Positions 28,601 through 41,535 of a stretch of DNA of 64,000 nt are shown here, piece by piece. The stretch is from NCBI GenBank assembly GCA_965178125.1, contig OZ237735.1, positions 1,116,001-1,180,000 on the forward strand, written 5' to 3'. A program made the translations under genes and the position numbers. Origin of the DNA: Bilabrum cf. latius. Its lineage: Eukaryota. The stretch's first letter is position 1. Each line of letters starts with the position of its first letter. The notes beneath the pieces are model-generated. The model was not told the origin of the DNA, searched no databases, and was given only the letters and a program-made list of their open reading frames with translations.

Positions 28601-31600
28601 CGATGCACTCAGAAAGGCGGTTGTAGCCCGCGTGCTGCCAGCATCAGCCCTAAGGACGTGCACGCGGAGTGCGCTGTAACCTTGCAGCCCAAGCCCAACA
28701 GCAACCATAGACTGGAACTCTGCCTCGCGAAAGTCCTCAATGTTGGTTTCAAGCACTAGTTGTACCGCCAGTCCGGCAAGTTGCGAGCAGTCAAGAGTAG
28801 AAAATCCATATTCACAAGAGCACAGCCCATTCCAGGCATGGCAAGTCCCATGCCCAGAGCAACCATTCGGACACTCCAGGGCAGCTGTGGTCTGAGCGAT
28901 CACAAGATTGCTCGGCGGCGCAACCCCAATGGAATTCTCTGAAGTGACATAAAATGCGTACGCTGAGCCTGGCATGAGGCCAGTGACATTGAACTCGGTC
29001 GCTTGCGGCGGAACGATTCCTGCAAGGCTCCATCGTAGATCAGCGGGTCGAAGATCATCTGGCAAGGAGTTGTTACTCATGCCTGGATACGGCCGCCCAA
29101 GCAGCACTCGAAAAAGCTTGTACTCGGCGATAGGTTTTCCTCCGTCCGAAGAGGGTGGCTTCCACTGTAGTCCCACTTGAACTTGGTATGCCCAACTCGC
29201 TTTGAGGTCCAATGTGCCGATTCTGTCAGGCGTGCTGCTAGAGGTTCGAACGAGCACGGCCTCAGACTACTTCGAGAAGGCAGTATCGGTCTGCACGACC
29301 ACAGAGATTCTATATGTCGTGGTGTGATTCAGCCCCGCGACGACGAACCGCGCCGGCTCCCCTCGAAGCAATCTAGTCCAATCACTACGCGTCGAGTCTG
29401 ACAGGTTCGCTGCCGCGGAACGGTACAGCGGTCGGCCTGTCTCGGCATTTACAAAAACGATGCGATGAATTGAGCACAGTAGGCTAGCTTCGAGTTGAGT
29501 TTGGCTCTCATAGCCTATTTCAAGCGTTGCAGAGGATGAGGTTGTAGATAGCAACCGCGGTATTGGTGGTGGCAGTGGTGGCAGCCATGGTGACACAACA
29601 CCAACAGCTGCCTGACACCCACTGCGTAGCTTGCGTAAACGATCAATAGTTTCCGCATCAACCCTGGTTGGGAGCAACGTATTACCTAATTCTTGTACGG
29701 GCTCAGGTGGAAGTGGGCTGCCTACTCGAACAGTGAACACCACACCAACAGTTTGTCGCGGAATTGCCAACTATGCAGCACCATTGAAACAGCCGTAGTA
29801 GTACAGCTACTCTGCTCCAGACAACGATCTCAGAATCGAACTCATTGCAGAGCTCATCGATGAACCGCTACGTATCCGACCACTCAAATCACTCATTGAG
29901 ATATCTGGCACTTGGTACTCTGCAGAGTTCCGGAATGGCTTCATCTCGAAGTCATAGAGAGCCTATGTACTGCCAGAAAAAGACTAGTTGTGTAAATTTC
30001 TTTCGCACTGTTTACCAAACTGGCTCAGTTGGTGGTAGTAAAACTCGGTGCAGACATACCTAGAACCACCAGTGCTGCCGCTGCCAGACTGCTCCACGGC
30101 GATCACAGCGTGTTCGTCCAGGACGCTATCCAGTAGTTCGGACTCGAATCGTATCTCATCTGATTCCAATAGCTTCACATTTACGGCAAGCGGGCTCGGG
30201 ACAATGGCAGCTTGCGTGGTGAAGTGGTGCGAAGGCTCGCTCCAGCCTCCAGGACCAACACGATTGCGGAGCGCAATCTGCACGAAGTACGTCGACGATC
30301 CAAGGAGTCCACTCAACACTATTGTTCCATTTGTGTACGCACCCGCTTGCATGTGCTCCGAAGTTGTTCTGTTGGACTCGTTGAATGTTCCGCTCTGAAC
30401 CTAGGTAAGCCTAACGCGAATCGCTAAGAGCTCGGCCCCACCGGTACTGACATCCGTGCTCGTCCACAGAACCAGGCTGGACTCTGCAGTGATTCTCGAT
30501 ACTCTTGGAGCGGTTGGAGTTCCTGGAGCTTGAGGCGCGCCCGTCTGCACGGATGAGTTTGACTGTTCCCATGGTGATACAGATCCATCTGTGAACCTAA
30601 GGCGGACCGAAGCAGCATACAATGTTTCGGCTCTGAGACCTTCGACCGCTGCAGACAGGGACATGGCAACATCGTACATATGCCATGCGTCTGGTTTGTC
30701 GCTGTCGCTTCCAATGGATTCCAACGAATTGACTTGCAACGGCCTTGCTGGGGGTTGGTGGTCTCCGAATCTCAGCAACTACGACGAATCAATCACGACT
30801 TCACGAGCAGAGCTGTTGGTTTGAACCTGCACCATGAGAACTTCTACTGATCGAATTGATACTGCAATGGGCTAGTAAGGGACCTTGAACTTGACGGCAA
30901 GCCTGCTTGGTGATTGATCGATAGTCGGTAGTATCAACACGTCCGTGGCTGGAAGTCGGGTAGCAGACGGTTGATTTGCGATCTGCAAGCCTCGCAGCTA
31001 AGCCGTGTTTGACACTTGTTGGCCCAGTGGGTCTGACAACCACATACTGAAGTACGTACTAGGAATTTCATGCATTCCAGACGTAGTAATACCGTTGAAC
31101 TCTAGAGAGAGATTCAATGGGCCCGAGTACTGGACACTCGAAGCTAAATGCGAACACGAGGCGAGCCCATCGTCAGGTGGCATTGACTCTAGCACTGGAG
31201 TACTACCCGTATTAAGGATAACTACGTTGACGAACAGAGGCATATCCAATATTGCCTGCTTGTTCATCTGTGCTGCTACCATTTCGGATTGAAATTGCAC
31301 CGATAGCGTGGATGCCGACACCCATTTTGTTTCAAGCTTGGGCAACTCAACTAGCCTGTCGACTGCTAAAGTGTCGTTTGATCCTAGCTCAACAAGAGTG
31401 GGCATCAAGGTGGCGTTCAATAAAATGACCACGCGGCATCCAGTGAACTCGAGAGCCACAACTCTAGGCTCATTGATTGCTTCCAGAAGTCGAATCGCAG
31501 GAGTGCCGACGTTCCCGGCACATGAGACCGACACGCTCTTCGCAACATCTGTGTGAGTTGCAGCGGCAAATAGGAGCAGACCTGATGGCGAAGAGCTTGA

Positions 31601-34600
31601 TCTAACGAGACGATTTGTGGTTTGGGTACTGATACCACTCTACACTGCCAGCAGAGATTGCTGCAACGCAACTGAGTGATTGAGTTCCAGCCGTGTTGCC
31701 AGTATCCCGCTGCAAAGGCTGGTGCCTTCCTGACTGATTTTCACGCGAAAAAATCTAGTTGTTGGATGAACTACAACAGCGGCAGCTTGGCTGCAGTTGT
31801 TAGAAATGATCACGACTGCTGGCTCCCTGCTCAGCATAGTCGTGCTTGATAGCTGGATCCAGCCGTACGGGGCGACAGCTGCTTCGATGCTGGAATCCAA
31901 GGAATCTTCACTGCTAATCTCAGTGGAACTTGCCATCCAATTACCGAAACTTCTTGCAGTGTCTAAGTTCACGACATGCGTATCATTGGGCAGCCGAAGA
32001 ACAAGTTGCGATTGCGCTGGCTCAACATCGAGGTGCACGCAGAACTTTGCAATGCCAGTCCCGTTGCTAAATACATGCCACTCCATAGAATCTACAACAG
32101 AAGAAGGCCTTTCGCTTCTAGCGAGCAAAAGGTGGGCACCATGGATCTCTGGGCTTACCCCAGGGCACTGTACTGTCACAGCATTGCACCGGAACTCCAA
32201 GGAATGCTTGCTGGTGACAACGCATTGTCCATTAATTGGCGAGATGCCTCCACGAATAGAAGACATCACCCAATTAGAGTTGTTGACTCGAACTGCAGCA
32301 AACTAAGTGCGATCCAAGGAGTGGGTACTCTCAACTTTGCTGATCCACTTGTGCAGCACTTCCTCCTGCAGGCCACTGGAGCAATTCGATCGTGTCTATC
32401 TGAGGACTCTGGCACTAGTCAACCCTGCACCTTCCAAAGAGACGCACGTAGACGCAGTCTTCATTGAATCATTAAAGAATGCAACAAACTAAATCGTATC
32501 GAATGGGCCGGCCACAACACCGTTAAGCCGCAAGTCCATGTACGTATCAGATGCACGAGCTTCCAAAATGCCGAGTAGTCTCGGTGCTGAGTCGGACTGC
32601 GGGTTGTCCAACGCTTCCTTCGAATTGGTTGCAGGCGTACAGTCTCCAGTGGTGCCATTGTAGTACAGCGGGCAAACTGTTAGCAGCTCTCCTGCTCCTA
32701 CTACTGCAAAAGAGTCTGGGTAGGGCAGGCTCGGGCCGTCAAGCCCGACGCACCAGCCCGAGGAGATGCCGCTGGATTCTCCAGCCACACTGCGACCATT
32801 GGAATTGACAAACGAAACTTCACTAGAATCAGAGCATTTTAAAACAGTTTTCCTCCCTGACCACAACTCTTCTGGCCACAGTTGCACATCATGGGTTGAT
32901 CCTGCAAGGGCCACGCGAAGCAAAACTCCCACAGCTTCGTTTGTGAACCGGTCAGACATGCAACTCGGAGACACGACCCAGGCCGTAAACATCTCTGGAA
33001 GGTCAACAGCGAGCTTTGATAAATCCAATTGGTGTATGCCACCATCGCAGCTTGCAGCACTCAGAGAACGGACGTCAGCTGCTGCAACAGCATGCTTGCT
33101 CCACGCGCCAGTGTGGTTGTCCGCGTGCTTGAGCGCCACTACAACGCGTTGGCAGTTATCCACTGAGCTAGGCAACTCAATTGCTATCACGTCTTCTTTC
33201 GATATTGCTGCCACCATTTTTGCGTCTGAGTTGGCTGTCCGTGTCACCGAGTGCGCCTCAAGTGGGAGTAAGACTGGCGTCTCCATGATTGAGTCCTCTA
33301 TCCTCATTAGACTAGCAAGACGGTTCGACTGAACTTGTCCGATCGAATAATTTGATGTCCGTAGCTCTACATTGGTCGGGCACGAGGTGATGCCAGAAAG
33401 TGCGTACTGGCGCAAAGGCAACGTACCAGCAATAAGCAGCGGATCACCCGGTTGCATGCCATCACCTGGAACTCGTGCTACCAAAACACCCTAAATTGGG
33501 CTCTAGCGCATGGTTTCCGGTAGCCTGTAATATGCTGCGTAGCTACCTGTGTCACTTGGCCTGCTACGGGCAATGCCAAGCAAGACTGGTTCCGTGGTTT
33601 GCCACAAATGCACAGCTTGCGACGGCACGGTGAGGTTGCTACAAGCAAAGTCACCAAACCCACCGAGATTCCCAGCCTATACACACGCATGTACGGACTT
33701 CGGGTTGTCCAAAAGCTTAATGTCGAACATGCACGTAGCTTTGCCATCATCTTGACACTCTTCATCGCGCAATGTCCACTCATGAGGGCTGCTTCCGCCG
33801 TCTTGCAACTGCAAGAGCACGTGAAACCCGACCAACTTCCCCCCTCCAGCACTGATTGGTCTTTTCCACGAGAGACGAACTGTTGATGCGTCGAGCATGT
33901 ATATCTCAGTGCTGCAGGGGCGACTCGGAGCATATGGCGGCGCGGTCATGAAACTAGCAGTAGTTGGATCGGATTGCTGGCACCACAACGCGCCAGCAGC
34001 CTCTATCGGGCACTGTGATGTGTCCCTTGCAGATGACACGTGCACAACATACTTAGTTGATCCCAACAGGCCATCCAAGTCAATTCTTGTTGAGGCGCCT
34101 ACTGCCTGGTCACCTCTAGGAATCCCAACAAATTGCACTGGCCTCACCTCCTGCCCAGAAGCATCAAGAACACGCACAATGTACTATGAAATCAAAGCTC
34201 CACCATCTTTAGTTGGATATTCGACGTATAGCATCCCTCGGTCAGGCTGAATAGACGACACATTCACGATTAGTGGTGGGCTTGGATGCACCGGGCTGGA
34301 GCTGGTCCTGGCAGAGCCAAGAATTTCATCTGCTGAGCCCCAGCCTACCACGTTCCGCGACCTCGCAAACGGAAAGTACTACCTGCCTGCATAGAGACCT
34401 GTCGCACAGAAATGCGCAATATCAGTCCCGTTTCCGGCAGGCGTGTTACATGACTCCCGTGCACAAACGGCGCTTGGCGGCACCAGGAAAACTGAGGGAC
34501 TCTTTGTACCCGTGTCATCCGACAGCCACAGCTCGTACTCGAGAATTGGCTCCCCGCCGGTCATGCTCGGCCCAGTTAGTTTGGCACAAAACTCATCCGG

Positions 34601-37600
34601 AAGTTCCCCAGAGTTGATGGGTACGATCTCACGTGGGGTACCTGGAGGCACGGCGTTCATCGTTTGGGAACAGAGCGGCCGCGAAGGCTGCGACAACGCA
34701 TCTTCACCAGCCAGAATTGAAGCTGAGATGCACAAACTGGAGTTTGCATACAGCAGAGATGTATGCACATCTACGAAGGACAGGCTTCGATCGCCGACCT
34801 TGGACTAGTATGCAGCCTCGTGTCCGTCTCCAGTAGCATGCACGCGCAGCAGAGAATTGTCCACTCTGTTTCTGTCGCTATATGTGCTGTTTACAACGAT
34901 AGCCGACACAGGCATACCACCGGTTGAGCCATTCCATTCAACATCAATGGTGCAGGCATCTGGCTGACAGCGAATACGTCTTGCTGTGGGCGCCTTCGCT
35001 TGGACTGCGTCGGGACACTGACTGGCTCGCAACGCTACGTCAGTGCTTGCTCTAGTCACGCTACTCACACCAGCCGAGGACAGAGACATGGCTACGACTT
35101 CATGCACGATGTTGGCTCGCAAGCCGGTGAGTCGCAGCATGCCATCCTGCACGACTCCCCCGTACCGAGTGGAGCTGGCTGCCCTCACCATATCAGCACT
35201 GGGCTGCAGTTTATCCGAAGACGTTGGTACAGAAGCCAGTTGGTGGACTGACAACAGCTGCGTCATTACTGCAGTTCTATCAGAAAAGAACCGGCCAGAG
35301 CCGGTATGATTTGCTACTTCTAATGGTATCGCAGCAGCTATCAGAGACACGTTGCTACCACCGTCATTCCAAACTGGACCGACGCGAATATCAACTGAAT
35401 CGCACGAAGCATTTGACCACGACACAAGCATAGGTTGGGACGGCGGCTGTTTCGAGATGCCTGTTATATATTTCGCCTCGGACCACGGAGACCAACCGGC
35501 CGCCGTTCCCACACGGACAGCAATGCCGTATGACTACTAGCGAACGTGTCGCACCAGCAATCCCGAAGTAAGGCGCCTCAGATAGGGTTCTTCTTGATGT
35601 CTAGATAGGAACAAAATATCATGCAGCGAAGAAGCCACGCTCGGCAAAAACGAATCCACCTGCGCAGCACGCTGCACCTGAGTGCACGAGCTAGTGGAGT
35701 CTGTTGCCGAACGTGAGCATGCCTCCAACGCAGACACGCTGAGCCCGCCAGTACGATTCGTCAAAACTTTCATGGAAACAATACCACCTGTTGACAATTC
35801 TAAACTAAGCTTCGGAGCTTCTGGAGGGGCACGGTGCACCGTAGTCTCAATGTCGTTGCTAAGATCTGACCACTCGCTGTATCCACCTGCATTCCGGAAC
35901 CGAATCCTGCAGCGGATGTGCTTAGAAGCCGGCATTCCAATCACAGTCGTCCACTACAAAGGATGTGACTGATTGACCTAAGTTCTGTACTCTGCTACCT
36001 CCCTACTTGCATTCAAGCGAATTTCCACGTCGTCCGGAACTAGTACAGCCGAAAGTACTGGCGGAAGCTCCCAAGAAGCGCGCCGTTCTAGCACTCCTGA
36101 ATCAAACTCAAGATGCCATAGGCGATCAAACTCACAGTTGCTCACGAGTTGAGAGGAAGCACATTGGAAAATCTCGACTTCAGAGCCAAGCAACAGGGCT
36201 GAGGAGCTTGTGTTTCCGAACACGAGTACACCAGCTTCTTGACCCCAGCTAGGCAGAGAGTCCTTCGGAACGGGGGTAAGCACCGGGCGATTCGGTCTGG
36301 AAGGAGGCTTCGGAGGTATGCAGTACGCTCCAGTTGGATCTGGCTCGTAGTGCTCAATGCATACCACGTGGCAGCTGCTTGCACCATCAACCCAGGTTGT
36401 GTTTGGTGCAAGCTAGACTTGAGCAGCTGCTGCCAGTTCAGAACACAGCAGGCATTCTGATCCATAGTAGCCTGTTCTACACCTCCAAAGGCAATCCGTG
36501 CCTTTCACCCAGTCTGCATTCTCAGGCTTCCGCTGATCGCATACCAAGCAGCTGCTATCGTCGATCTGACCAGCTGCAGAGGTAGTGCCTGGTGGGCACG
36601 ACAAGCATCGGACCTCAAACTGCGGGGAGTCTACAACCTGCTCCCCATATCTACCCTCGAAGCAGAAATCTCGAAGGTAAAGCCTGCCATCTGAAGTGAT
36701 GGGCGACAACTACTCGTTGCTGGTCGTCGGTGATGAAACCAACATGGTTTCCTGAGAGAGCAGCACATCGTGTCCAAAAGAGTCCCCACTACTCGAACTA
36801 AACGTCACAATATTGTGCGTGTGCTTGCACTGTGTACTATCCCAAAATAACCGCAGCCGGTCTTCGGTTGACAACTGCCCTGCCCCCGCCGAGCCAGATG
36901 CCGATATGGAGGCATCACTTTCAGAGAGTCGAGCCTAGAAGCTCAACGTGACGCTAAGAACCCCGACCATTGATGCCCCACGATTTCCAGCAAGAATATG
37001 CACATGATTCTCCATGCGTTCGGAGGACAGCGCCAGTGGGCCATAATTCTGTGCGTTTAATGGCAATGAGTCGCTCTTCCCGAGCCATCGGCACAGCGGG
37101 ATGGGGGCGGTGTGAATGACATTCCCACTGTTCGAAGACATGTTTCCCGACTGAATCATTAGAGAGGCTCCTGTGCCGCTCGATGCACCAGTTAAGTGCT
37201 GTTCAGCAGAAATGGCCGCTCCGTGCACGAAGCTCGCTGCTTGTCGCGCGATATAGACATCCGAGTCCGCTCTTCGGGCCCACCACTGCTGCGCGGGATG
37301 AAAGTAAGGATTGCTGAATATGAATACCGCCCCCCGGCTAAGAGATGATAGACGCCCTCCCGGAAGTCGCTAGGGGTTCACCGTTGAGTTTGCATCGTCT
37401 TCACCGGACAGGAGTGGGGCGTCGATTGCCAGTACGGAATCAGACACCAGGAGGGACTGCCCGAATCGGCTCGTCGAGAAGTCTGCCGAGACTGGCAGCA
37501 TACCGGACTGACGAATGGTCTGATCATCAATGTTATCATGTCTAGTCCAGTTCTTCGACCCTTGTCTCGACCAGACTGCCACAGCAGCTCGGCTTGGCAT

Positions 37601-38488
37601 GCCAGCAAGCAGCAGGTCATCAAGCAGTCCAAGAGACGTCACCTGCTCTGGGAGTGCCCAATGCCCGGCAGGCTGTAGTGACGAATTCAGCGAAGTGGGA
37701 CTTTTGGCAGCGTCGCGAAATGCCTGAGGATCTAGGCCAAGGGCCTGGACCTGATCCCGCATGCCATATGCCAAGCGAGGATCTATAGTGCCTGTCGCAT
37801 TCTGGCACACTGGCTCCCCACGATCAAGGATTTCGGGAGATCCCAAGCGGCACTACTCGAGAACTACTACATACCACTGGGACCATGCACCTGGGCGAGC
37901 TTGATAGCTCAGGGAAATGGCTGCACTCGGCAAGTGCCCGCTGGTTACTGCAACTGTTCCGACTCGCACCGATCCAGTCTGCTTGCCGATCATAGTCTGC
38001 AGCGAGCGCACTGTCAGCCAAAACCTTGGTTCCCACGGTGTTGATGCATTTGTACGCGCGCTGAGCAACACGGCGGAATCTGAGTAAATTGCAATTAGAT
38101 CTCTCGAAGCCGCACTTCGCCGCAAAGTGGACTCGAAAGCCGCAGATCCGGCGACTGACAGAGCCGAAGGAAGTGCGCTGACCGGATTCCACACTCCTTC
38201 TGGAACTATATAGGTCCTGTTGAACTGCGAGTAAACGAAGAGGCCTCCGTACCCGCTCAAACCATACCCAAGCCCACCCTCATTCGCGTTGTTGTTGTAT
38301 AGCAAGTAGCGCGGGGTATCAACTGCGTGAGCGCAAACAAGCACGTAAAACTTCGATTTCCCAATGAAATACGTTATAATATGCCAAGGGTAGGTCTATC
38401 TTTGCTTACCGATCTACGCGAAAGATGTTCGATGGGAAAGCAATACGAAGCCAAGGGCCAGCAGGCTTGCTCTAGTACAGTGAGGCAT
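25658..38488 (-). CDS. Giant type-I membrane RING-H2 E3 ubiquitin ligase (~4,250 aa): signal peptide, FG-GAP-like motif, Cys-rich module, multiple FN3, EGF, ~5 PSI, CUB-like, TM, RING-H2
   Basis: ATG 38488 MPHCTRASLLALGFVLLSHRTSFA. About 19 ORF fragments in one frame, all ending at TAG; final stop TGA at 25658. FN3 motifs (LQWKPPSSDGGKPIAEY, GLMPGSAYAFYVTSENSIG), EGF (CPNGCSGHGTC...CSCEYGFSTLDC), PSI (CxxC..CGWC), TM (GFIVIVVVVATTFLACLASAMF), RING-H2 (CSVC...LPCKHVYHAACVDRWL...CPMC, ~26225-26350). Confidence 0.88.
38323..38409 (-). other. Probable spliceosomal intron (87 bp, in-frame)
   Basis: Donor G|GTAAGC, acceptor CGCAG|, AT-rich interior, directly after the signal peptide; frame is preserved with or without splicing. 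Confidence 0.65.
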
Positions 38489-38931
38489 GCCAGTCGGAGA
38501 GATAGCCTTCAAAAAATTACTACCAACGTCAGCCTTCGTCTATGAAGACAGATTAGTGAACGCGGATTAGCACCGGGAGTCGAGCACGTCAGCTCTTGAA
38601 CGGAACCAGTCAGTGACAGCGCGGCGCCCTATGAGCAAATTCCACCCACATTGTCTGTGTGTGATTCTGCCATGGTGGTTCTCTCTGCTGCACAAAATGG
38701 ACGCTCTAAATACGGGTAGTGGGCCAAGGTACGGACATGTTACACAAGGTCAACTTCTTCAAGATCCGACTGCGAGCATTGGCAACCGGAGCCTAGCACG
38801 GCTACGAGACAGCTATAGATCTACATGTCGTGCCACCCAGATACTGTTAACACTTGTACGAGACTACGCGCATGCGAATGGATTTGATAGCATGCTCGCT
38901 GCCCAGCACCTCCTTGCTCCTCCCACTGGCA

Positions 38932-40035
38932 TCAGTCATCGTAGATGGCCCCCTTATCCGCACCCGCGCCGGCTTCGACGTCGGCGGCATCTTCAGGTCC
39001 CGCCGCTAGGCTCCGGTACGCCGCAGGATCCAGCCGCAGGCTGGACACCTTCTGCCAAATGAAGTACAGAAGGCCGAGCAGGGCCACCAGCATGATGCAA
39101 ACTGCGATGAGCACGGCACCCTCGACAGACAGGCCACTCTTGCCCGCCTCGATCCTGCTGCCGCAATCCGCGCCCTGCCATCCCTCGTAGCAGAAGCACT
39201 TCGGCCGCCCCTTGTCCGTGTCGAAGTCGCATATCCCGTGGGCGTTGCACAGCCGGTCTTCCCCGTCGGGCTGTCTCACCACCGGGCACTCCGACGGACA
39301 GCCAGCCGTGTTCTTAAGAAAGATCTCGTAGTGGCAATCGCTCGTCTCCTACACGGTTTCCTCGTCTGGAATATTTTGAGCGTCATCCTCGCACTCAATC
39401 CAAACTGTCAAGGACCTCTCCCCAAGGTTGCCGGGGCATCGATCGCCCCCCACGTACTTGATTGCCACACCGCGCGACGGATTTGCTGGGTTCCATAGAC
39501 CCCACTGCTCCGTCTCGTTCGAAAGGGGTCCACTTCCGTCGCCGAGGGAGCCGCCAAGGCGGTGACATTCATCTTCCGCTGGGACCAGGAAGTTCGCAAT
39601 CTGCCAAGCAGGACTTCCTCCCGTGGTGCGGTCAGGATACGTCCCGTTTGCGCACTACGCAGGCACCCGCGTGGTGTCCCTGCACACATTGAAGAGATAT
39701 GTGTAATTTCTGGACCCTGCGTTGTTTGCGCTGTCTCGTACACTATATCTGCGAGCACTTGAGTGAAGCAGGATACCATCGAATCGCTTCGCATTTATCG
39801 CTCATGGTCTGAATACGACAACACGCTGAAATTCTAGTTGGCTATGAATTAATCCAATGGTTATGAAAATCCAAGAACTGCAACAGATCTTCGGATCTCA
39901 CGCGCCTCCATTGGGATTTGCAAGCGGTCTCAAATTGAACGATGAATTGCCAAAGTCATAGCCGCAAGTAGTAGATCCAAGAGTATAGCCAAAGGAAACA
40001 CCTAGGCTTGACACAAGCAGCACAGCACTTAGCAT
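38932..40035 (-). CDS. MRH (mannose-6-phosphate receptor homology / ATG27-like) + EGF + TM type-I membrane protein, ~316 aa; exons 40035-39902, 39748-38932
   Basis: Signal MLSAVLLVSSLGVSFG. After the intron: YTYLFNVCR...CHRLG...GVAIKYVGGDRC...LTVWIEC...CHYEIFLKNTAGCP (MRH pattern), EGF CNAHGIC...CFCYEGWQGADC, TM AVLIAVCIMLVALLGLLYFIW. Two in-frame TAG; ends TGA. Confidence 0.85.
39749..39901 (-). other. Spliceosomal intron (153 bp)
   Basis: Donor |GTGAGA, acceptor CGCAG|; required to restore the MRH reading frame. Confidence 0.85.
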
Positions 40036-40193
40036 GGTCTTTCCAGTGCAGGTTTTCTTTGTCTTGGCGTCGACATTTCCAGTCTGATTAACTGAATGAT
40101 AGAACGTTACTATAAAACTTCCTCGATCAATGCTTCGCCTCTTACAGCGTCTGCAGTTCTCTAACACAGACGTCTTTTGTGTCAACGAAGAGA
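40036..40193. promoter_or_regulatory. Probable compact bidirectional promoter region
   Basis: Only 158 bp separate the divergent ATGs of the MRH gene (40035, -) and eIF2-alpha (40194, +); AT-richer than the flanks. Confidence 0.5.
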
Positions 40194-41535
40194 ATGTCTT
40201 CAGCTAGCGCGAGGAAAGCAGAGCAAGCTGAGCTTGATGCTGCGCGCAGGCTACGCAAAGCAGACGAAATTCGCACGTCTATCCTCAGCTTGAAATGCCG
40301 CTACTACGAGAACAAGTTTCCCGAGAAGGCCGACTGCGTCATGTGCGATGTGCTAAGGGTAGGGCAGATGGGCGCGGAGGTCGAGTTGATTGAGTTTGAG
40401 AACAAGGGTGGCCTTGTCCAGCTCTCGGAGCTGTCAAGACGGCGCATTCGGTCTATTCATAAGATCATCAAGCCGTCGCAATAGATCGTTCTTAGAGTCA
40501 ATAACATTGATGCAGAGAAAGGTGAGCCCGCTTAACTTCTTTGGAGCTTGTCCGGCACACGAGCAGCTTTCTTGCCGAGGCACTGCAAACTTCAGGAACA
40601 CAATATCTCAGACCGTTGCTGACTTTGCCCCACTGCTATCCACTGCAGGGTATATTGATTTGTCTAAAAAGCATGTAGACGAGGATGAGAACAAGGAATA
40701 CTCCGCTTTCTACGCTAGCAGCTCATTGGTGCACGGAATCGTTCGAAAGGTTGCGCACGATGCAGGCGTCCCGATGCTCTTGATCTACCGAAAGGTAGTT
40801 TGGCCCTTGTACAGACAGGCCCCTAGGTCTGATGACGATGATGATTTTAGCTTCGATCCGCTCCACGGATTCCACAGGGTGAACGAGAATCCCGACGTGC
40901 TGGACGACCTTGAGCCTGCCCTCGACGAGGACACAGCAGCGTCAGGCGCTGCCGCTGCAGACGCCGCCGATCCCGCCGGTGCAAGCTCGGGAGCCGGTGC
41001 GGGCGAAGAAGAGGACCTCTCGGAGGTGGATTGGGAGACGGACCCGCGGCCCTTCAAAGCACTCAGCAAGGAGCTGCAAGACTCGATCAAGACCAAGCTC
41101 GTCGCAGAGATCAGGCACAGGCTCAGGGACTAGCCCGTGAAGATCCGTGCATCCTTTAAGCTCACCTGCTTCGGGGAGGAGGGCATCAATGCCATCAAGC
41201 GCGCGCTGCTGAAGGGCAAGGCGGTGGTGGACGCCGCCCGGGAGGAGGGCCAGCAGGTCGCCGCCAAGGAGGCTGCTGAGGAGGGCAAGGCCGCGGACAG
41301 CGCAGATGCCAAGGAGAAGGAGACCACCATTCGCATGGCCCTGATCGCCGCCCCGGACTACGTGATCACCGCCAAATGCCCCAGGAAGCGAGGCGATGCG
41401 CTGCTGGCATCGGTCGGCCAAGCCATCGATGCGATTCGAAGCGAGATTGACAAGGCTGTAGGTGGCAACCTGCAGGTATCGGAGCAGCCGGCAATCACCA
41501 ACGCAGATGAAGAGGGCGGGGCAGATGGCTCCTGA
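40194..41535 (+). CDS. EIF2S1: Eukaryotic translation initiation factor 2 alpha subunit, ~404 aa; exons 40194-40521, 40649-41535
   Basis: CRYYENKFPE, S1-domain LSELSRRRIRS (Ser51 loop), EKG|YIDLSKK across the intron, RLRD*PVKIRASFKLTCF.EEGINAIKRAL, LIAAPDYVIT. In-frame TAG at 40482 and 41131; ends TGA at 41533-41535. Confidence 0.96.
40522..40648 (+). other. Spliceosomal intron (127 bp)
   Basis: GTGAGC...CTGCAG; removal restores the conserved KGYIDLSK. Confidence 0.95.
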
